This document shows positions 17,368 to 26,814 of a stretch of DNA of 64,000 bases, piece after piece. Below the pieces are notes generated by a model, which was given only the letters and a program-made list of their open reading frames with translations, had not been told where the DNA came from and made no database searches. The stretch lies in contig DASXHH010000002.1 of NCBI GenBank assembly GCA_036488585.1, positions 12 through 64,011 on the forward strand. The letters are read 5' to 3'. Every line of letters starts with the position of its first letter. The first letter of the stretch is position 1. Source of the stretch: Candidatus Saccharimonadia bacterium. GTDB lineage: Bacteria > Patescibacteriota > Saccharimonadia > UBA4664. The position numbers were made by a program, and so were the translations under genes.

Positions 17368-18228
17368 TTAGTTAATGGAGAGGGCGTTCATGGCGTTGAC
17401 GATCTCTTTGATGCGATCGTCGGCCTCGCCACGGCGGGCGCGGTTGTAGGCCATAATGAGGCTCACCTGCAGCTCGCGGGCACGCTTCTTGGCGGCTGAC
17501 ATGGCGGTGAAACGCGAGGCGTATTGAGCTAGGCGTGATTCGAGGATGACCTGCGAGAGCGCAATTTCGAGCATAACCGACTCGAGGTAGCGCACTACGT
17601 CATCGACGCTGGGCTCAAACAGGTACTCGCGGGGGCTAATGATGTCACCGTCGGTTTTTTCGTCGGCATCGGAACCGAGTGCCCGCACCCGACCTAGCAG
17701 GTCGATGCGGCCGACTTCCTGCACCGACAGTGAGATGTATTTTTGGAACCAGACCGTCGGCTTCTTGTAGCCAAGCAATTCGTCAACGATCGGCGAGACA
17801 TCGATGGCCTGGTCGACGTCAGGTAAGCGGAAGTAGCGCTTGATTTTGGCATGATTTTGCACGAATTGGGTAGCACCGTGCGCGCCGATCACAATCAGGT
17901 CGGTGGTCTTGGGATCGAGACTGTCGAGGACGGTGTGGACGATGCGTTGGTCGATATCTCCAGACAGACCACCTTCGGAGGTGAGTACTAGAAACACATT
18001 GGGTTTATCGCGTTTGGGGCCGTTTTTACCGGTAAGCCGCTCGGTGGGGTCGATACGGAGCTGGGTGTAGATTTTCCAGAGTTCGGCAAAGAAGAGCTGG
18101 CTGCGCTGCACTCGGTCTTTGATTTTACCGATGCGCATGGAAGCGATGGACTCGAAGATGCCGGTGAGCTCGGTGACGGTACCAACCTGGCCGGCTTCTT
18201 TTTGGATGGAGAGCGCTTGAGTACCCAT
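17368..18228 (-). CDS. atpG: F0F1 ATP synthase subunit gamma
   Basis: 286 aa; N-terminal 'IQKEAGQVGTVTELTGIFESIASMRIGKIKDRV' and C-terminal 'ARRGEADDRIKEIVNAMNAL' helices typical of gamma. Confidence 0.75.
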   Translation of the reverse strand: MGTQALSIQKEAGQVGTVTELTGIFESIASMRIGKIKDRVQRSQLFFAELWKIYTQLRIDPTERLTGKNGPKRDKPNVFLVLTSEGGLSGDIDQRIVHTVLDSLDPKTTDLIVIGAHGATQFVQNHAKIKRYFRLPDVDQAIDVSPIVDELLGYKKPTVWFQKYISLSVQEVGRIDLLGRVRALGSDADEKTDGDIISPREYLFEPSVDDVVRYLESVMLEIALSQVILESRLAQYASRFTAMSAAKKRARELQVSLIMAYNRARRGEADDRIKEIVNAMNALSIN

Positions 18229-18234
18229 GCGAGC

Positions 18235-19809
18235 CTACTTCTTGACCTGGGGTTGAGCAGCAGCCGGGGCGGGGGCAGCTTGGGCAGGGGCGGGAGTGCC
18301 GGGTGCACCCGGGGCGGCTGGCGGCTTGGAGCCGGGAGCGCCACCCGCGGCGCCGGTTACACCCGCGGTGGACGGCGGGGTGGGCGCCTGTACAGTCACC
18401 TCACTGAGCAGCTTGGCGATGGCGGCGTCCCAATCGGCGTCGGAGCTTTGGGCGGTGAGCGAGGTCGCCACTTCCTTGGCTTTGCGCTTGAGGCTGTCGA
18501 TGTTGATAGCGATTTTGCCCTCCGTCTTCATGACTACACCCATGATCAGGTCCTGCTCGTTGGCGGAGTAGACCACGTCCGGGGGTTGTTTGAGGGCTTC
18601 GTAAATTTTCTTACCGAGCTCGAGATCCATTTTGCTCTCCAGGGCCAATTCGGAGCCGAAGTGCGAAAATTCGGCTGCCTGGCGGTAGGCGGCCAGCTTT
18701 TTGAACAGCATGGCGGTAATTTTCTTCTGGCGCTTGGTCTGACCAACACCACCAACGCGGGACACCGACAAGCCGACTGACAGGGCTGGACGGATGCCAG
18801 CGCGGAAGGCCTCGGAGTCGAGGATGTACTGACCGTCGGTGATAGACATGATGGAGGTAGGCAAAGGGCTAGTGATGTCGTTGTTGGGAGTGAGCACCAC
18901 CGGGATGGCCGCCAAGGTGGCGCCGTTTTTGGCTAGGCGACCGGCGCGCTCGAGCAGACTGGAGTGGGCGTAGAACATGTCGCCTGGGTAGGATGCGCGG
19001 CCAGGAGCAACCTTGAGCAAGAGCGACAATTCGCGGTAGACCTTGGCATGGTTGGAAAGGTCATCATAGATGATGATGCAGTCTTTGCCGTCGTTCCAGA
19101 GGTACTCGGCGACGGTGGCGCCGATGTAAGGCGCAAGGTACGACTGAGTGAGCGAGTCGAATACCGAGGCCACGATGATGACGCAATATTCCATGGCGCC
19201 AGTGGTGTTGAGTTGGGTAATGAGCTTGTCGACGTCGGCTTTGCGCTTAGAGATGAGGACATGAATGACAATGCGTCCGGTCCCCTTCTGGGCCAGTGTG
19301 AGCTGCATGGTGAAGGCGGACTTTCCGACCTTGTTGTCACCGAGTACGGCGATACGCTGCCCCTTCACGAGCGGGAACAGCTGGTCGGAGATGGCCACGC
19401 CGGTGGTGAGTGGCTCGTCGAGCTGTTTGCGTTCAATAATGCCGGGCGCCACCTTGAACACCGGGTCGTAACGGCTGAAGGTGATGGGACCCTTGCCGTC
19501 GAGCGGAGTCCCGTTGACGTTGATGACGCGGCCGACCACGCTCGCGCCTACGCCGGTTACTAAGGCATCAGATTCAATGACGGCCAAGGTGCCGATCGGG
19601 ATTTCCTCGGCGGTCATGTTTAGCACCATGACGGTATCGGCGCGCACTTCGCGCACCATGCCTTGATGTCCGTTTTCGAAGTAGATGAGCGCGTTGACGG
19701 CAACTTCGCCGAGCCCGCGGATGGTCACGAGGAACCGGTCGACGGCGATGACCTCGCCGGTGGGCCGGCCTTCGGAGACCAATTTGGCGAATTTAGGGTT
19801 ATCAAACAC
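18235..19809 (-). CDS. atpA: F0F1 ATP synthase subunit alpha (divergent P-loop, Ala/Pro-rich C-terminal tail)
   Basis: 524 aa; 'IAVLGDNKVGKSAFTMQ' (Walker A), 'IIYDDLSNHAKVYRELSLLLKVAPGRASYPGDMFYAHSSLLERA', 'SIMSITDGQYILDSEAFRAGIRPALSVGLSVSRVG' align with F1-alpha. Confidence 0.85.
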   Translation of the reverse strand: MFDNPKFAKLVSEGRPTGEVIAVDRFLVTIRGLGEVAVNALIYFENGHQGMVREVRADTVMVLNMTAEEIPIGTLAVIESDALVTGVGASVVGRVINVNGTPLDGKGPITFSRYDPVFKVAPGIIERKQLDEPLTTGVAISDQLFPLVKGQRIAVLGDNKVGKSAFTMQLTLAQKGTGRIVIHVLISKRKADVDKLITQLNTTGAMEYCVIIVASVFDSLTQSYLAPYIGATVAEYLWNDGKDCIIIYDDLSNHAKVYRELSLLLKVAPGRASYPGDMFYAHSSLLERAGRLAKNGATLAAIPVVLTPNNDITSPLPTSIMSITDGQYILDSEAFRAGIRPALSVGLSVSRVGGVGQTKRQKKITAMLFKKLAAYRQAAEFSHFGSELALESKMDLELGKKIYEALKQPPDVVYSANEQDLIMGVVMKTEGKIAINIDSLKRKAKEVATSLTAQSSDADWDAAIAKLLSEVTVQAPTPPSTAGVTGAAGGAPGSKPPAAPGAPGTPAPAQAAPAPAAAQPQVKK

Positions 19810-20302
19810 GTTTCAGAATCTCCGCCAATTTATCTCGGCCGTTTAGCAGCTCCTGCTTCCAGGTGTAATCGAAGACGCGGTTGGGCGTGCGGATAACCAC
19901 ACCCCCGCCCAGGTTGCGATCGGCCACAAATGACAGTAGCAATTGCTGGGTGGTGTTGTTGTGAAACCAGTCGACCAAGGCAGTGCGCTGAGCGCGATTG
20001 GGCATGGCAGCGAGCATGATGTGAACCTCGGGCAGCCTGAGGTTTTTGAGGTAAGCCACCAGCTCCTCGAGCAGCTCGACCGTGGCTGGGCGGCCAGCCA
20101 GCCAGGCCTCGATCACTAGCGCGGTCTCGGCAGAGTGGGTGGGCTCTTCGGTCACCTTGGCGCCGACCGTCTTGCGGACCTCGGCGTCGCGGTACCAATC
20201 CAGGTAGCGCTCGATGTCGTAGGTGACGGCCTCGAGCAGCTGCGGGCTATAAACCGCAGCCGGTAGGTTGAATTCGGGTTTGGTGGCGGTATTAGTTGCC
20301 AT
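19802..20302 (-). CDS. atpH: F0F1 ATP synthase subunit delta (OSCP)
   Basis: 166 aa; C-terminal 'GGGVVIRTPNRVFDYTWKQELLNGRDKL' matches the delta/OSCP signature; overlaps atpA start. Confidence 0.65.
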   Translation of the reverse strand: MATNTATKPEFNLPAAVYSPQLLEAVTYDIERYLDWYRDAEVRKTVGAKVTEEPTHSAETALVIEAWLAGRPATVELLEELVAYLKNLRLPEVHIMLAAMPNRAQRTALVDWFHNNTTQQLLLSFVADRNLGGGVVIRTPNRVFDYTWKQELLNGRDKLAEILKRV

Positions 20303-20891
20303 CGCCGAGCAGGTCCTTCCTAATGTCTTCCTTGTGGGCTTCTAAGCTAGACAAAATAAACTGCATTTGCGAGCCCAGGTCCACGCCCGAGCCGAGAGAT
20401 TCCGAGATGTAGCTGGCGACCACATCGCCCAGTTTTGTCTCAAATTTTTCAGCCAGGCGTTTCTTTTCTTCAGCCAGTTCCGCCTCCATGCCTTGACGCA
20501 ATTCCGTCCGTTGGTGCTCGACCGCCTGGTGAATCTGCTCCATGGCTTGGGTGGCGACTTTGCGCACCTCTTCCAGCGTCTTCTGGTAGGCCTCGAGCTC
20601 TTCCTCGATAACGGTAGTAGTGAGGCGCGAGACCTGTTCGCTCAACTTCTTGGAGGTGGCGCCGAGATCAGTGCCAAAGGTCTGGGTAGCCTCGGTGATT
20701 TTGGTCTCGTAGGCGGCTTTGAGCTTATTTTCGAGCTCGGCAGCGGTCGGCTCGGAGACGCGAATGGGCTTGGGCTTACTCTCGGTAGCTTTGAGCTGTA
20801 GCTGCAGGCGGTGGAGCTGGAAACTTTGTACCACTACCACTACCGACAACATTAAGAGCACTCCGACCAGGACTATCAGTTCCATGTTCAC
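20292..20891 (-). CDS. atpF: F0F1 ATP synthase subunit b (single N-terminal TM helix + long coiled coil)
   Basis: 199 aa; 'MNMELIVLVGVLLMLSVVVVV' then charged helical region; position immediately upstream of atpH. Confidence 0.55.
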   Translation of the reverse strand: MNMELIVLVGVLLMLSVVVVVQSFQLHRLQLQLKATESKPKPIRVSEPTAAELENKLKAAYETKITEATQTFGTDLGATSKKLSEQVSRLTTTVIEEELEAYQKTLEEVRKVATQAMEQIHQAVEHQRTELRQGMEAELAEEKKRLAEKFETKLGDVVASYISESLGSGVDLGSQMQFILSSLEAHKEDIRKDLLGDGN

Positions 20892-21706
20892 CTCGCAATC
20901 ACCATATACATTGCCCCACCGGACACCGCTAAGATCCCGACAGCTATCGCTATAACTTCCATTAAGCCCTTCAGCACTGAGCCATTAGATAACGGGTTAC
21001 GACCGATAGATATGATGCTATTGCGAACCGCAGCGTAGAGCAAAACCGAAATTGAGGTGAGGGCAGCGATGAGAATGAGGCCCGCGATGATTATCCGGAT
21101 GGGTGAGACGGCTTTGCCGGCCAGAGTGTTAGACAGGTTCTGGAGCCAGTTGGGCACCACGTAGCTTTGCTTGCCCTCGGAGGCGGTGTAGCTGGAGACC
21201 GAGATCACAACCGGGATTTGGCCGATGCTAACCTCGGTCTTGCCGCTGCCGGTGTCGACGGTGGTTTTGGTGGTGCCGTCGCCGCTGCCGTCGAAGTCGG
21301 CCTGGGCGGTACCCACCACGCGAGTACTGGTGCCACCGGCCTTCTCGCCCACCCCAGCGATTGGCGACACTGTGATGTAGTCGCCGACGTGAATCGTGCC
21401 GCCAGCTGTGGAGACCAGAACACTGGCCGTGCCGCTGGTGACTACCTGGACCTGGCCAGAACCGGTACCGGAGAGTGAAATCGAGGCCGAGGACGGCGGC
21501 ACGACCACACCAAAGAGGCGGTTGACATTGTCAGTGTCGGCTACCACCACAGCACCACTATTTTTGTTGTCCAGAGACACAAGGCTGCCGGCGGGGATGT
21601 TCTGGGAGGTGGCGAAGCCTTGAGACAAGCTAGCCCAGGCCGGCGCGGCAACACCCAACGCCAGCGTTATTACAGCTAATAGCCCGATCTTTCGCGTAAT
21701 CCCCAC
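20888..21706 (-). CDS. signal-peptide Gly/Ser/Thr-rich protein whose C-terminal about 90 aa resembles ATP synthase subunit c (possible atpE fused to, or overlapped by, an upstream ORF)
   Basis: 272-aa ORF; C-terminal 'IRIIIAGLILIAALTSISVLLYAAVRNSIISIGRNPLSNGSVLKGLMEVIAIAVGILAVSGGAMYMVIAR' = helix-(R-N-P polar loop)-helix with a carboxylate (E) in helix 2, like c-subunits (cf. 'SRTIEGIARQPEL…'); an internal GTG (VVPNWLQ…) with upstream GAGGG could start a 90-aa c-subunit. Confidence 0.5.
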   Translation of the reverse strand: MGITRKIGLLAVITLALGVAAPAWASLSQGFATSQNIPAGSLVSLDNKNSGAVVVADTDNVNRLFGVVVPPSSASISLSGTGSGQVQVVTSGTASVLVSTAGGTIHVGDYITVSPIAGVGEKAGGTSTRVVGTAQADFDGSGDGTTKTTVDTGSGKTEVSIGQIPVVISVSSYTASEGKQSYVVPNWLQNLSNTLAGKAVSPIRIIIAGLILIAALTSISVLLYAAVRNSIISIGRNPLSNGSVLKGLMEVIAIAVGILAVSGGAMYMVIAR

Positions 21707-21836
21707 CTGGGCGCGGGCCTCCTACTCACCTCTTTATAGTGGTTATGATTATAGCAGAACGGGCGATGACTGGACACTGAGAAGTGGCTCTAGTACCATA
21801 AGCCCAATGCTAAGTTTAGGTGGAGTTTAATTTCGT

Positions 21837-22325
21837 ATGGATGTACGCAGACATGGTCAGGCACCAGAACACGACTATGCAGATGTGCCAGCAGCCCCAG
21901 CCGCCTCAGGCACTCTCGGTCGTATACTCGCGATTCTACTGATAATAGTGTCGGTAGTGGTACTGGGATGGTTTGGCAACAAGGCGCTGGCCGCACTAAC
22001 CTCGGACGGTGGCGTAAAGGGCAAACAATACCAGGCCGTGTTCCTAACCAACGGCCAGGTATACTTCGGCAAGGTCAGCCACGTTGACTCGAGCTACGTA
22101 AAGCTTACTGACATTTACTATCTGCAAGTGCAGCAGCAAGTGCAGCCGAAGGATAACTCCTCGTCGCAGCAGCCCCAGGTGTCACTGGCCAAGCTCGGTG
22201 GTGAATTGCACGGTCCGGAAGACGTGATGTATATTTCACGTCAGCAGGTGCTCTTCTGGGAGAACCTAAAGAACGACGGCAAAGTCGTAAAAGCGATCGC
22301 CAGCTACAAGGCCGGCGGCAAGTAG
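21837..22325 (+). CDS. hypothetical membrane-anchored protein
   Basis: 162 aa, one TM helix (ILAILLIIVSVVVLGWF), divergent from the atp operon. Confidence 0.5.
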   Translation: MDVRRHGQAPEHDYADVPAAPAASGTLGRILAILLIIVSVVVLGWFGNKALAALTSDGGVKGKQYQAVFLTNGQVYFGKVSHVDSSYVKLTDIYYLQVQQQVQPKDNSSSQQPQVSLAKLGGELHGPEDVMYISRQQVLFWENLKNDGKVVKAIASYKAGGK

Positions 22326-22345
22326 ATTGCCCACCCGCAGAACGA

Positions 22346-22366
22346 GGCCCCACCGGGGCTTTTTTC
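22346..22366 (+). terminator. intrinsic terminator
   Basis: GGCCCC-acc-GGGGC followed by TTTTTT. Confidence 0.45.
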
Positions 22367-22381
22367 TGTTAGACTGGCGGC

Positions 22382-22897
22382 ATGGCAATCAACAACGAAC
22401 CTCATATTCACCAGTTGGTAATGTGCGCCAATATTTTTATCCGTAAAGATGACAAGTATCTGGTGCTCCACCGGTCGCCGCAGAAAACTTTCGCACCGGA
22501 TGTGATACACCCAGTGGGTGGCAAGATCGACCCAAACGAGGATCCGTTTACAACCGCCGAGCGAGAGGTGCTCGAGGAGGCCGGCGTGCAGGTGAAAAAC
22601 ATGCGGCTAGAGGCAGTGATTAACGAGCTGCTTCCGCCTCCCCGCCGAGACTACAATTGGCTGATTTTTCACTTTACGGCCGACTATGCGGGAGGCGACG
22701 TGGTTACGACCGAGGAGGGCGAGCTGGTGTGGATGACGGCCGACGAGATCAAGGCGTCGAGACTGTTTCCATCGGTGCGACCGCTGATTGATAAGATCCT
22801 CAATCCCAATGCCGGCACAGTATTTGCGACCTTTGCCTACAATGAGCATGATGACATTGATGGAGGCTCCGCCGTAATAAGTGAGTGCGCCCACTAG
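22382..22897 (+). CDS. NUDIX hydrolase
   Basis: 171 aa; Nudix box 'GGKIDPNEDPFTTAEREVLEEAGV'. Confidence 0.8.
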   Translation: MAINNEPHIHQLVMCANIFIRKDDKYLVLHRSPQKTFAPDVIHPVGGKIDPNEDPFTTAEREVLEEAGVQVKNMRLEAVINELLPPPRRDYNWLIFHFTADYAGGDVVTTEEGELVWMTADEIKASRLFPSVRPLIDKILNPNAGTVFATFAYNEHDDIDGGSAVISECAH

Positions 22898-22926
22898 CCC
22901 TCGGTAAGACCGAACATACATACAAA

Positions 22927-22956
22927 CAAAAAAGGAGCTCGAAAGCTCCTTTTTTT
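22927..22956. terminator. bidirectional intrinsic terminator between convergent NUDIX and RRM genes
   Basis: AAAAAA-GGAGCT-cgaa-AGCTCC-TTTTTTT. Confidence 0.55.
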
Positions 22957-22972
22957 AAGTTTGCGACCTAAA

Positions 22973-23236
22973 CTAACGGACAGCTTCGGTCTTGGGGCGA
23001 GCTTCACTGACGGTGAGCTTGCGGCCCTCGAACTCGGCACCGTCGCCCTTGGCGATAGCGGCGTCGGCCTCCTCGTCGTTGGTCATCTCGACAAAGCCGA
23101 AGCCCTTCGAGCGACCGGTGGCGCGGTCCATGATAACGGCGGCGCTGAGCACCTCACCGTACTGACCGAAAAATTCGCCCAGCTCTTCGTTAGTTGTTGT
23201 GTACGGCAGATTGCCGATGAACAGTTTCTTGGCCAC
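22973..23236 (-). CDS. RRM-domain RNA-binding protein
   Basis: 87 aa; RNP-2 'LFIGNL', RNP-1 'KGFGFVEM'. Confidence 0.8.
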   Translation of the reverse strand: MAKKLFIGNLPYTTTNEELGEFFGQYGEVLSAAVIMDRATGRSKGFGFVEMTNDEEADAAIAKGDGAEFEGRKLTVSEARPKTEAVR

Positions 23237-23299
23237 TTAGCTTGGCTCCATTAATTACATCCAAGCTTGCAGCCGGGACGTTGGAATCATAACGCAGGT

Positions 23300-23908
23300 T
23301 TATACGTCTGTAAACGCCTCAGCGTGGTACCAAGGTGTAAAAGTTAGCAGTACAAACACGAATACCGCATAGAGCTGAAAAGCAAAAACCAATATTGAAA
23401 CCAACGCCCAGCAACTGGTGACGATGGAAGGGGTAGTGATGGCCTGGGAGAACAGCGTGATCCAGAATGAGGCGCCGCGCCAGAGCAAACTGAGCGCGAT
23501 AGCCAAGCCCACGCTGGCGACGGCTTTGAGGGCCAGGGTTTGGTAGGGCCCACGCCAGTGGCCGCGGTTGGTGTAAGTGGTCGTGAGTGTAACCTCGTTG
23601 CGAGCCTCGATGAGCATATTATAGACGGCCCAACAGATCAGATAGGCTACTAGGCCCACGATGGCCCAGAAGGTGACGAGTGCGATATGGGAGGCAATAT
23701 CGGAGCGCAATAATACATCGAACCGGGAGTGGAACTCGTTTTGCGAGAGAGCGATGGCAGCGGAAGTAATGCCAAAGTGTTCGAGTAGGCTCTGGCTCTG
23801 GGCAAAGCAGATGATTATGGCCGAGAGCACTAGCGAGACGAAGACTTGCGGGCCGGTGGGAATTACCAGGTTCATAAGACGGGCGGTGAGCGATAATCGG
23901 GCGGCCAT
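23300..23908 (-). CDS. hypothetical polytopic membrane protein
   Basis: Start placed at ATG 23908-23906 which overlaps the upstream stop (TAATG); longest ORF extends to 23995; about 5 TM helices. Confidence 0.5.
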   Translation of the reverse strand: MAARLSLTARLMNLVIPTGPQVFVSLVLSAIIICFAQSQSLLEHFGITSAAIALSQNEFHSRFDVLLRSDIASHIALVTFWAIVGLVAYLICWAVYNMLIEARNEVTLTTTYTNRGHWRGPYQTLALKAVASVGLAIALSLLWRGASFWITLFSQAITTPSIVTSCWALVSILVFAFQLYAVFVFVLLTFTPWYHAEAFTDV

Positions 23909-24429
23909 TAGCGGCGCCTCCAGCCGAGCAGTAAGGCCGTCACTAGCGCGACCACCGCGCCCAATAGCAGTGCGCCGGCTAGGTCCGGGGTCCACAGCGG
24001 CGAATGCAGTTTCACCTGGTAGTCGGATTGCTTGGGGGTGGGCACCGGACTGAACGCGGGAACGCCCGTCATATGCTGTTGGATATAGGCCTCGTTACAG
24101 CGGGCCTGGGTGAGCGAATCGGTCTTGCCCATGCAGGCCTGCTGGGCATCGGCATAGAGCTTGGTGTTGGGGTCCTGGGCGGCCTGAGAGGCGGCCAGTG
24201 CCCGGTTGTAGGAGCCGGTGAGGGTGTAGGTGACGCTCGCGCCCATGTGAGTTTTTACAAAGTCCTTGAGGTCGGCGACGACGGAATTAACATCGGGAGA
24301 AGAACTGGAATCGATTTGGACGATTTCGTCGGCTAGCGCATGGGATGTCTTATTATTTTCAGAAAGGTTATAGAGCCCTAGCACACCCAATACGATGGCG
24401 GCGAGCACAAAGAGCATACGCTTGGTCAT
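23908..24429 (-). CDS. hypothetical bitopic membrane protein (N- and C-terminal TM helices)
   Basis: 173 aa; translationally coupled to downstream membrane protein. Confidence 0.5.
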   Translation of the reverse strand: MTKRMLFVLAAIVLGVLGLYNLSENNKTSHALADEIVQIDSSSSPDVNSVVADLKDFVKTHMGASVTYTLTGSYNRALAASQAAQDPNTKLYADAQQACMGKTDSLTQARCNEAYIQQHMTGVPAFSPVPTPKQSDYQVKLHSPLWTPDLAGALLLGAVVALVTALLLGWRRR

Positions 24430-24475
24430 AGATATAGCCTAAGCCCCGGGACTATTAGCTGTAAAGCGTTGTACA

Positions 24476-25537
24476 ATGCGCATACTTGGAGGAGCCATGG
24501 AATTAACAGTCTCTAACCGAACAATCATCCGAATCGTCTTCATCGTAATCGTGTCGGTGTTAGCGGTGCGGCTGGGGGGCGAGCTGCATACCCAGATCGT
24601 CTGGATCCTGACCGCACTGTTTCTGGCGCTGGGGCTGGAACCAGCGGTGGACCGACTGAGCCGTTATATGCCGCGTCGCAGCCGTGGTTTGGCGGTGGGC
24701 ATCGTGCTGCTGGCGGCGGTGACGGTACTGGCATTTATTTTGGTGGCACTGCTGCCACCCTTCGGCTTTCAGTTGTACCACCTGGTGGTGAACTTGCCGG
24801 CCGCTTACGAGCAATTTGCCCAGGACAACCCAGGCCTGAACGGATGGCTAAACTCGGTACTTAACACCTCCAATACCACGGGGACACTACAGCAGTTATC
24901 ACACCAGCTACTGACGTTTGGCGGCGCCGGCGTAATGCTGTTGCGCGACTTTTTCGGCGGCATTGTGGCGATAGTGACGATACTAATACTGACCTTCTTT
25001 ATGGTGCTGGAAGGGCCGAAATGGATCGAGGTGTTTTGGAGCTACTACCCCGAAAAAACGCGCAATCAGTACCGTGGGCTGCTGCGGCAGCTACACGGTA
25101 CAGTGACGGGCTACGTGAATGGCAACTTAGTGAAGAGCCTGATTGCGATACTGGCGTCGGTGGTTGCTCTACTGGCGGTGGGATCGCCCTACGCGCTGGC
25201 ATTGGCGTTGTTGGTGGGCATCTTGGACCTGATACCAATGGTGGGTGCGACCCTGGCGGCGGTGACCGTATGCCTGGTGGTACTGGTATTTAAGGGGGTG
25301 GCGCCGGCGCTGATTATGCTGGTGTTCTTCGTGGTGTTCCAACAGTTTGAGAACTACGTGTTCCAGCCAATAATTTTTGCGAGGGCGGTGGAGGTGTCGC
25401 CGCTGGTGACGATGCTAGCGCTAATAATAGGTGCATCGCTGGGTGGGTTTATCGGAGCGCTGGTGGCGATACCGGTGGCGGCCAGTCTGCAGATTTTGGT
25501 GAAGTACTGGATGGGCCAGCGCCGGGCAAAGGGGTGA
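24476..25537 (+). CDS. AI-2E family transporter (PerM/YdiK/TqsA-like)
   Basis: 353 aa, 8 TM helices, characteristic 'LLVGILDLIPMVGATL' and C-terminal 'IPVAASLQILVKYW' segments. Confidence 0.8.
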   Translation: MRILGGAMELTVSNRTIIRIVFIVIVSVLAVRLGGELHTQIVWILTALFLALGLEPAVDRLSRYMPRRSRGLAVGIVLLAAVTVLAFILVALLPPFGFQLYHLVVNLPAAYEQFAQDNPGLNGWLNSVLNTSNTTGTLQQLSHQLLTFGGAGVMLLRDFFGGIVAIVTILILTFFMVLEGPKWIEVFWSYYPEKTRNQYRGLLRQLHGTVTGYVNGNLVKSLIAILASVVALLAVGSPYALALALLVGILDLIPMVGATLAAVTVCLVVLVFKGVAPALIMLVFFVVFQQFENYVFQPIIFARAVEVSPLVTMLALIIGASLGGFIGALVAIPVAASLQILVKYWMGQRRAKG

Positions 25538-25591
25538 CGTTAGGGGGGGCGGGGCTGTTGAGCACCGCGAGCAAGGACCGAGGGACGGCGG

Positions 25592-26077
25592 TTAGTTAAC
25601 CTGCGTAGTGCCGCCGGAGGTACTGCTAGAGGCGCCGCCGGAGTTGGGTGGATTGATGATGATACGGCTCGCGGTAATGGAGCCGTCGGAGGCGGTTTGC
25701 CCTGCAGCCAGGATGGTGGAGCCGGTGGTAACGTCGGACAGAGACGCGGAAGACCGGTCGGCGCCGTTGAGATAGGCGGTGCTGGAGCTGATGTTGACGG
25801 TTTTGGAGGCGCCGGATGAGTCGGTAATGGTGATAGTGCTGCCGGAGACGCCGGTGACGGTGCCGAGGGTGCCGAAACCACCTCGCCGGAAGCCACCTCC
25901 CCCACTTCCGGCCCCACCGAAGCCTCCTGCCGAGCCGTTATAGCCGCCCGAGTTGTTGCCGGTCGAGGTTGAGGCTCCCAAAACCTTGCCGGCGGTGTAG
26001 TGGCCGGCGGCAAAGCCGAGGCCGCCCGCTACCAGTGCGACGGCCACGATCAGAATGCTGAGGTCGAACCGCTTCAC
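25592..26077 (-). CDS. secreted Gly/Ser-rich hypothetical protein, co-transcribed with MacB-type ABC transporter
   Basis: 161 aa; signal-anchor then low-complexity G/S/T region; start overlaps ATPase stop. Confidence 0.5.
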   Translation of the reverse strand: MKRFDLSILIVAVALVAGGLGFAAGHYTAGKVLGASTSTGNNSGGYNGSAGGFGGAGSGGGGFRRGGFGTLGTVTGVSGSTITITDSSGASKTVNISSSTAYLNGADRSSASLSDVTTGSTILAAGQTASDGSITASRIIINPPNSGGASSSTSGGTTQVN

Positions 26078-26811
26078 GACCGAACTTTCACGGGTTCAGC
26101 GGTGCGGTCAGGCTTGGCGGATTTGGCGATACGGTGGCTCCCCTGCTCTGCCAGCTGCCCGTCAGTGAGCTGGAAGGTGAGGTCGGTTTGGCGAGCGATT
26201 TCTAGGTCGTGAGTGACGGCCACAATGGTGGTTTTGCGAGAGCGGGCGAGCTCGTGAAGCAGGTTCACGATGAGCTTACCAGTGGCCGAATCGAGGTTGC
26301 CGGTGGGCTCGTCGGCCAAGATGAGCTTGGGCTGGTTGGCGAGGGCACGAGCGATGGCAACGCGTTGCTGCTGGCCGCCCGACAACCGGCTGGGCTTGCG
26401 GGTTTGCTCATCGGCGGTAATGCCGACCTGCTCGAGCAACTCGATGGCCCGCGCGTGGCGCTGGGCGCTGCCGACGCCGGCGAACTCCATTGGTAGCATG
26501 ACATTTTCGAGGGCGGTAAGGTTGGGAACTAGGTTGTAGGCCTGGAAAACGAAACCGATGCGGTCGCGGCGATATCTGATGAGGTCGCGATCCGACAATT
26601 TGGTGATATCGTCATCGCCGACCAAGATGGCCCCGGAGGTGGGCTTGTCGAGCGCACCGAGAAGACCGAGCAGAGTGGACTTGCCGGAGCCGGACTTGCC
26701 AATGATGGCGGCGAACTTGCCTTCGGGAATTTCGAAGCTAATGTCCTTAACGGCGGTGACGGTGCCGGAGCCGGAATGGAACTGTTTGGTTAGATTCGTG
26801 ACGGTGAGCAT
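26074..26811 (-). CDS. ABC transporter ATP-binding protein (MacB/LolD-type)
   Basis: Walker A 'GKSGSGKST', '[15 protein letters not shown]', '[11 protein letters not shown]'. Confidence 0.85.
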   Translation of the reverse strand: MLTVTNLTKQFHSGSGTVTAVKDISFEIPEGKFAAIIGKSGSGKSTLLGLLGALDKPTSGAILVGDDDITKLSDRDLIRYRRDRIGFVFQAYNLVPNLTALENVMLPMEFAGVGSAQRHARAIELLEQVGITADEQTRKPSRLSGGQQQRVAIARALANQPKLILADEPTGNLDSATGKLIVNLLHELARSRKTTIVAVTHDLEIARQTDLTFQLTDGQLAEQGSHRIAKSAKPDRTAEPVKVRS

Positions 26812-26814
26812 TTA

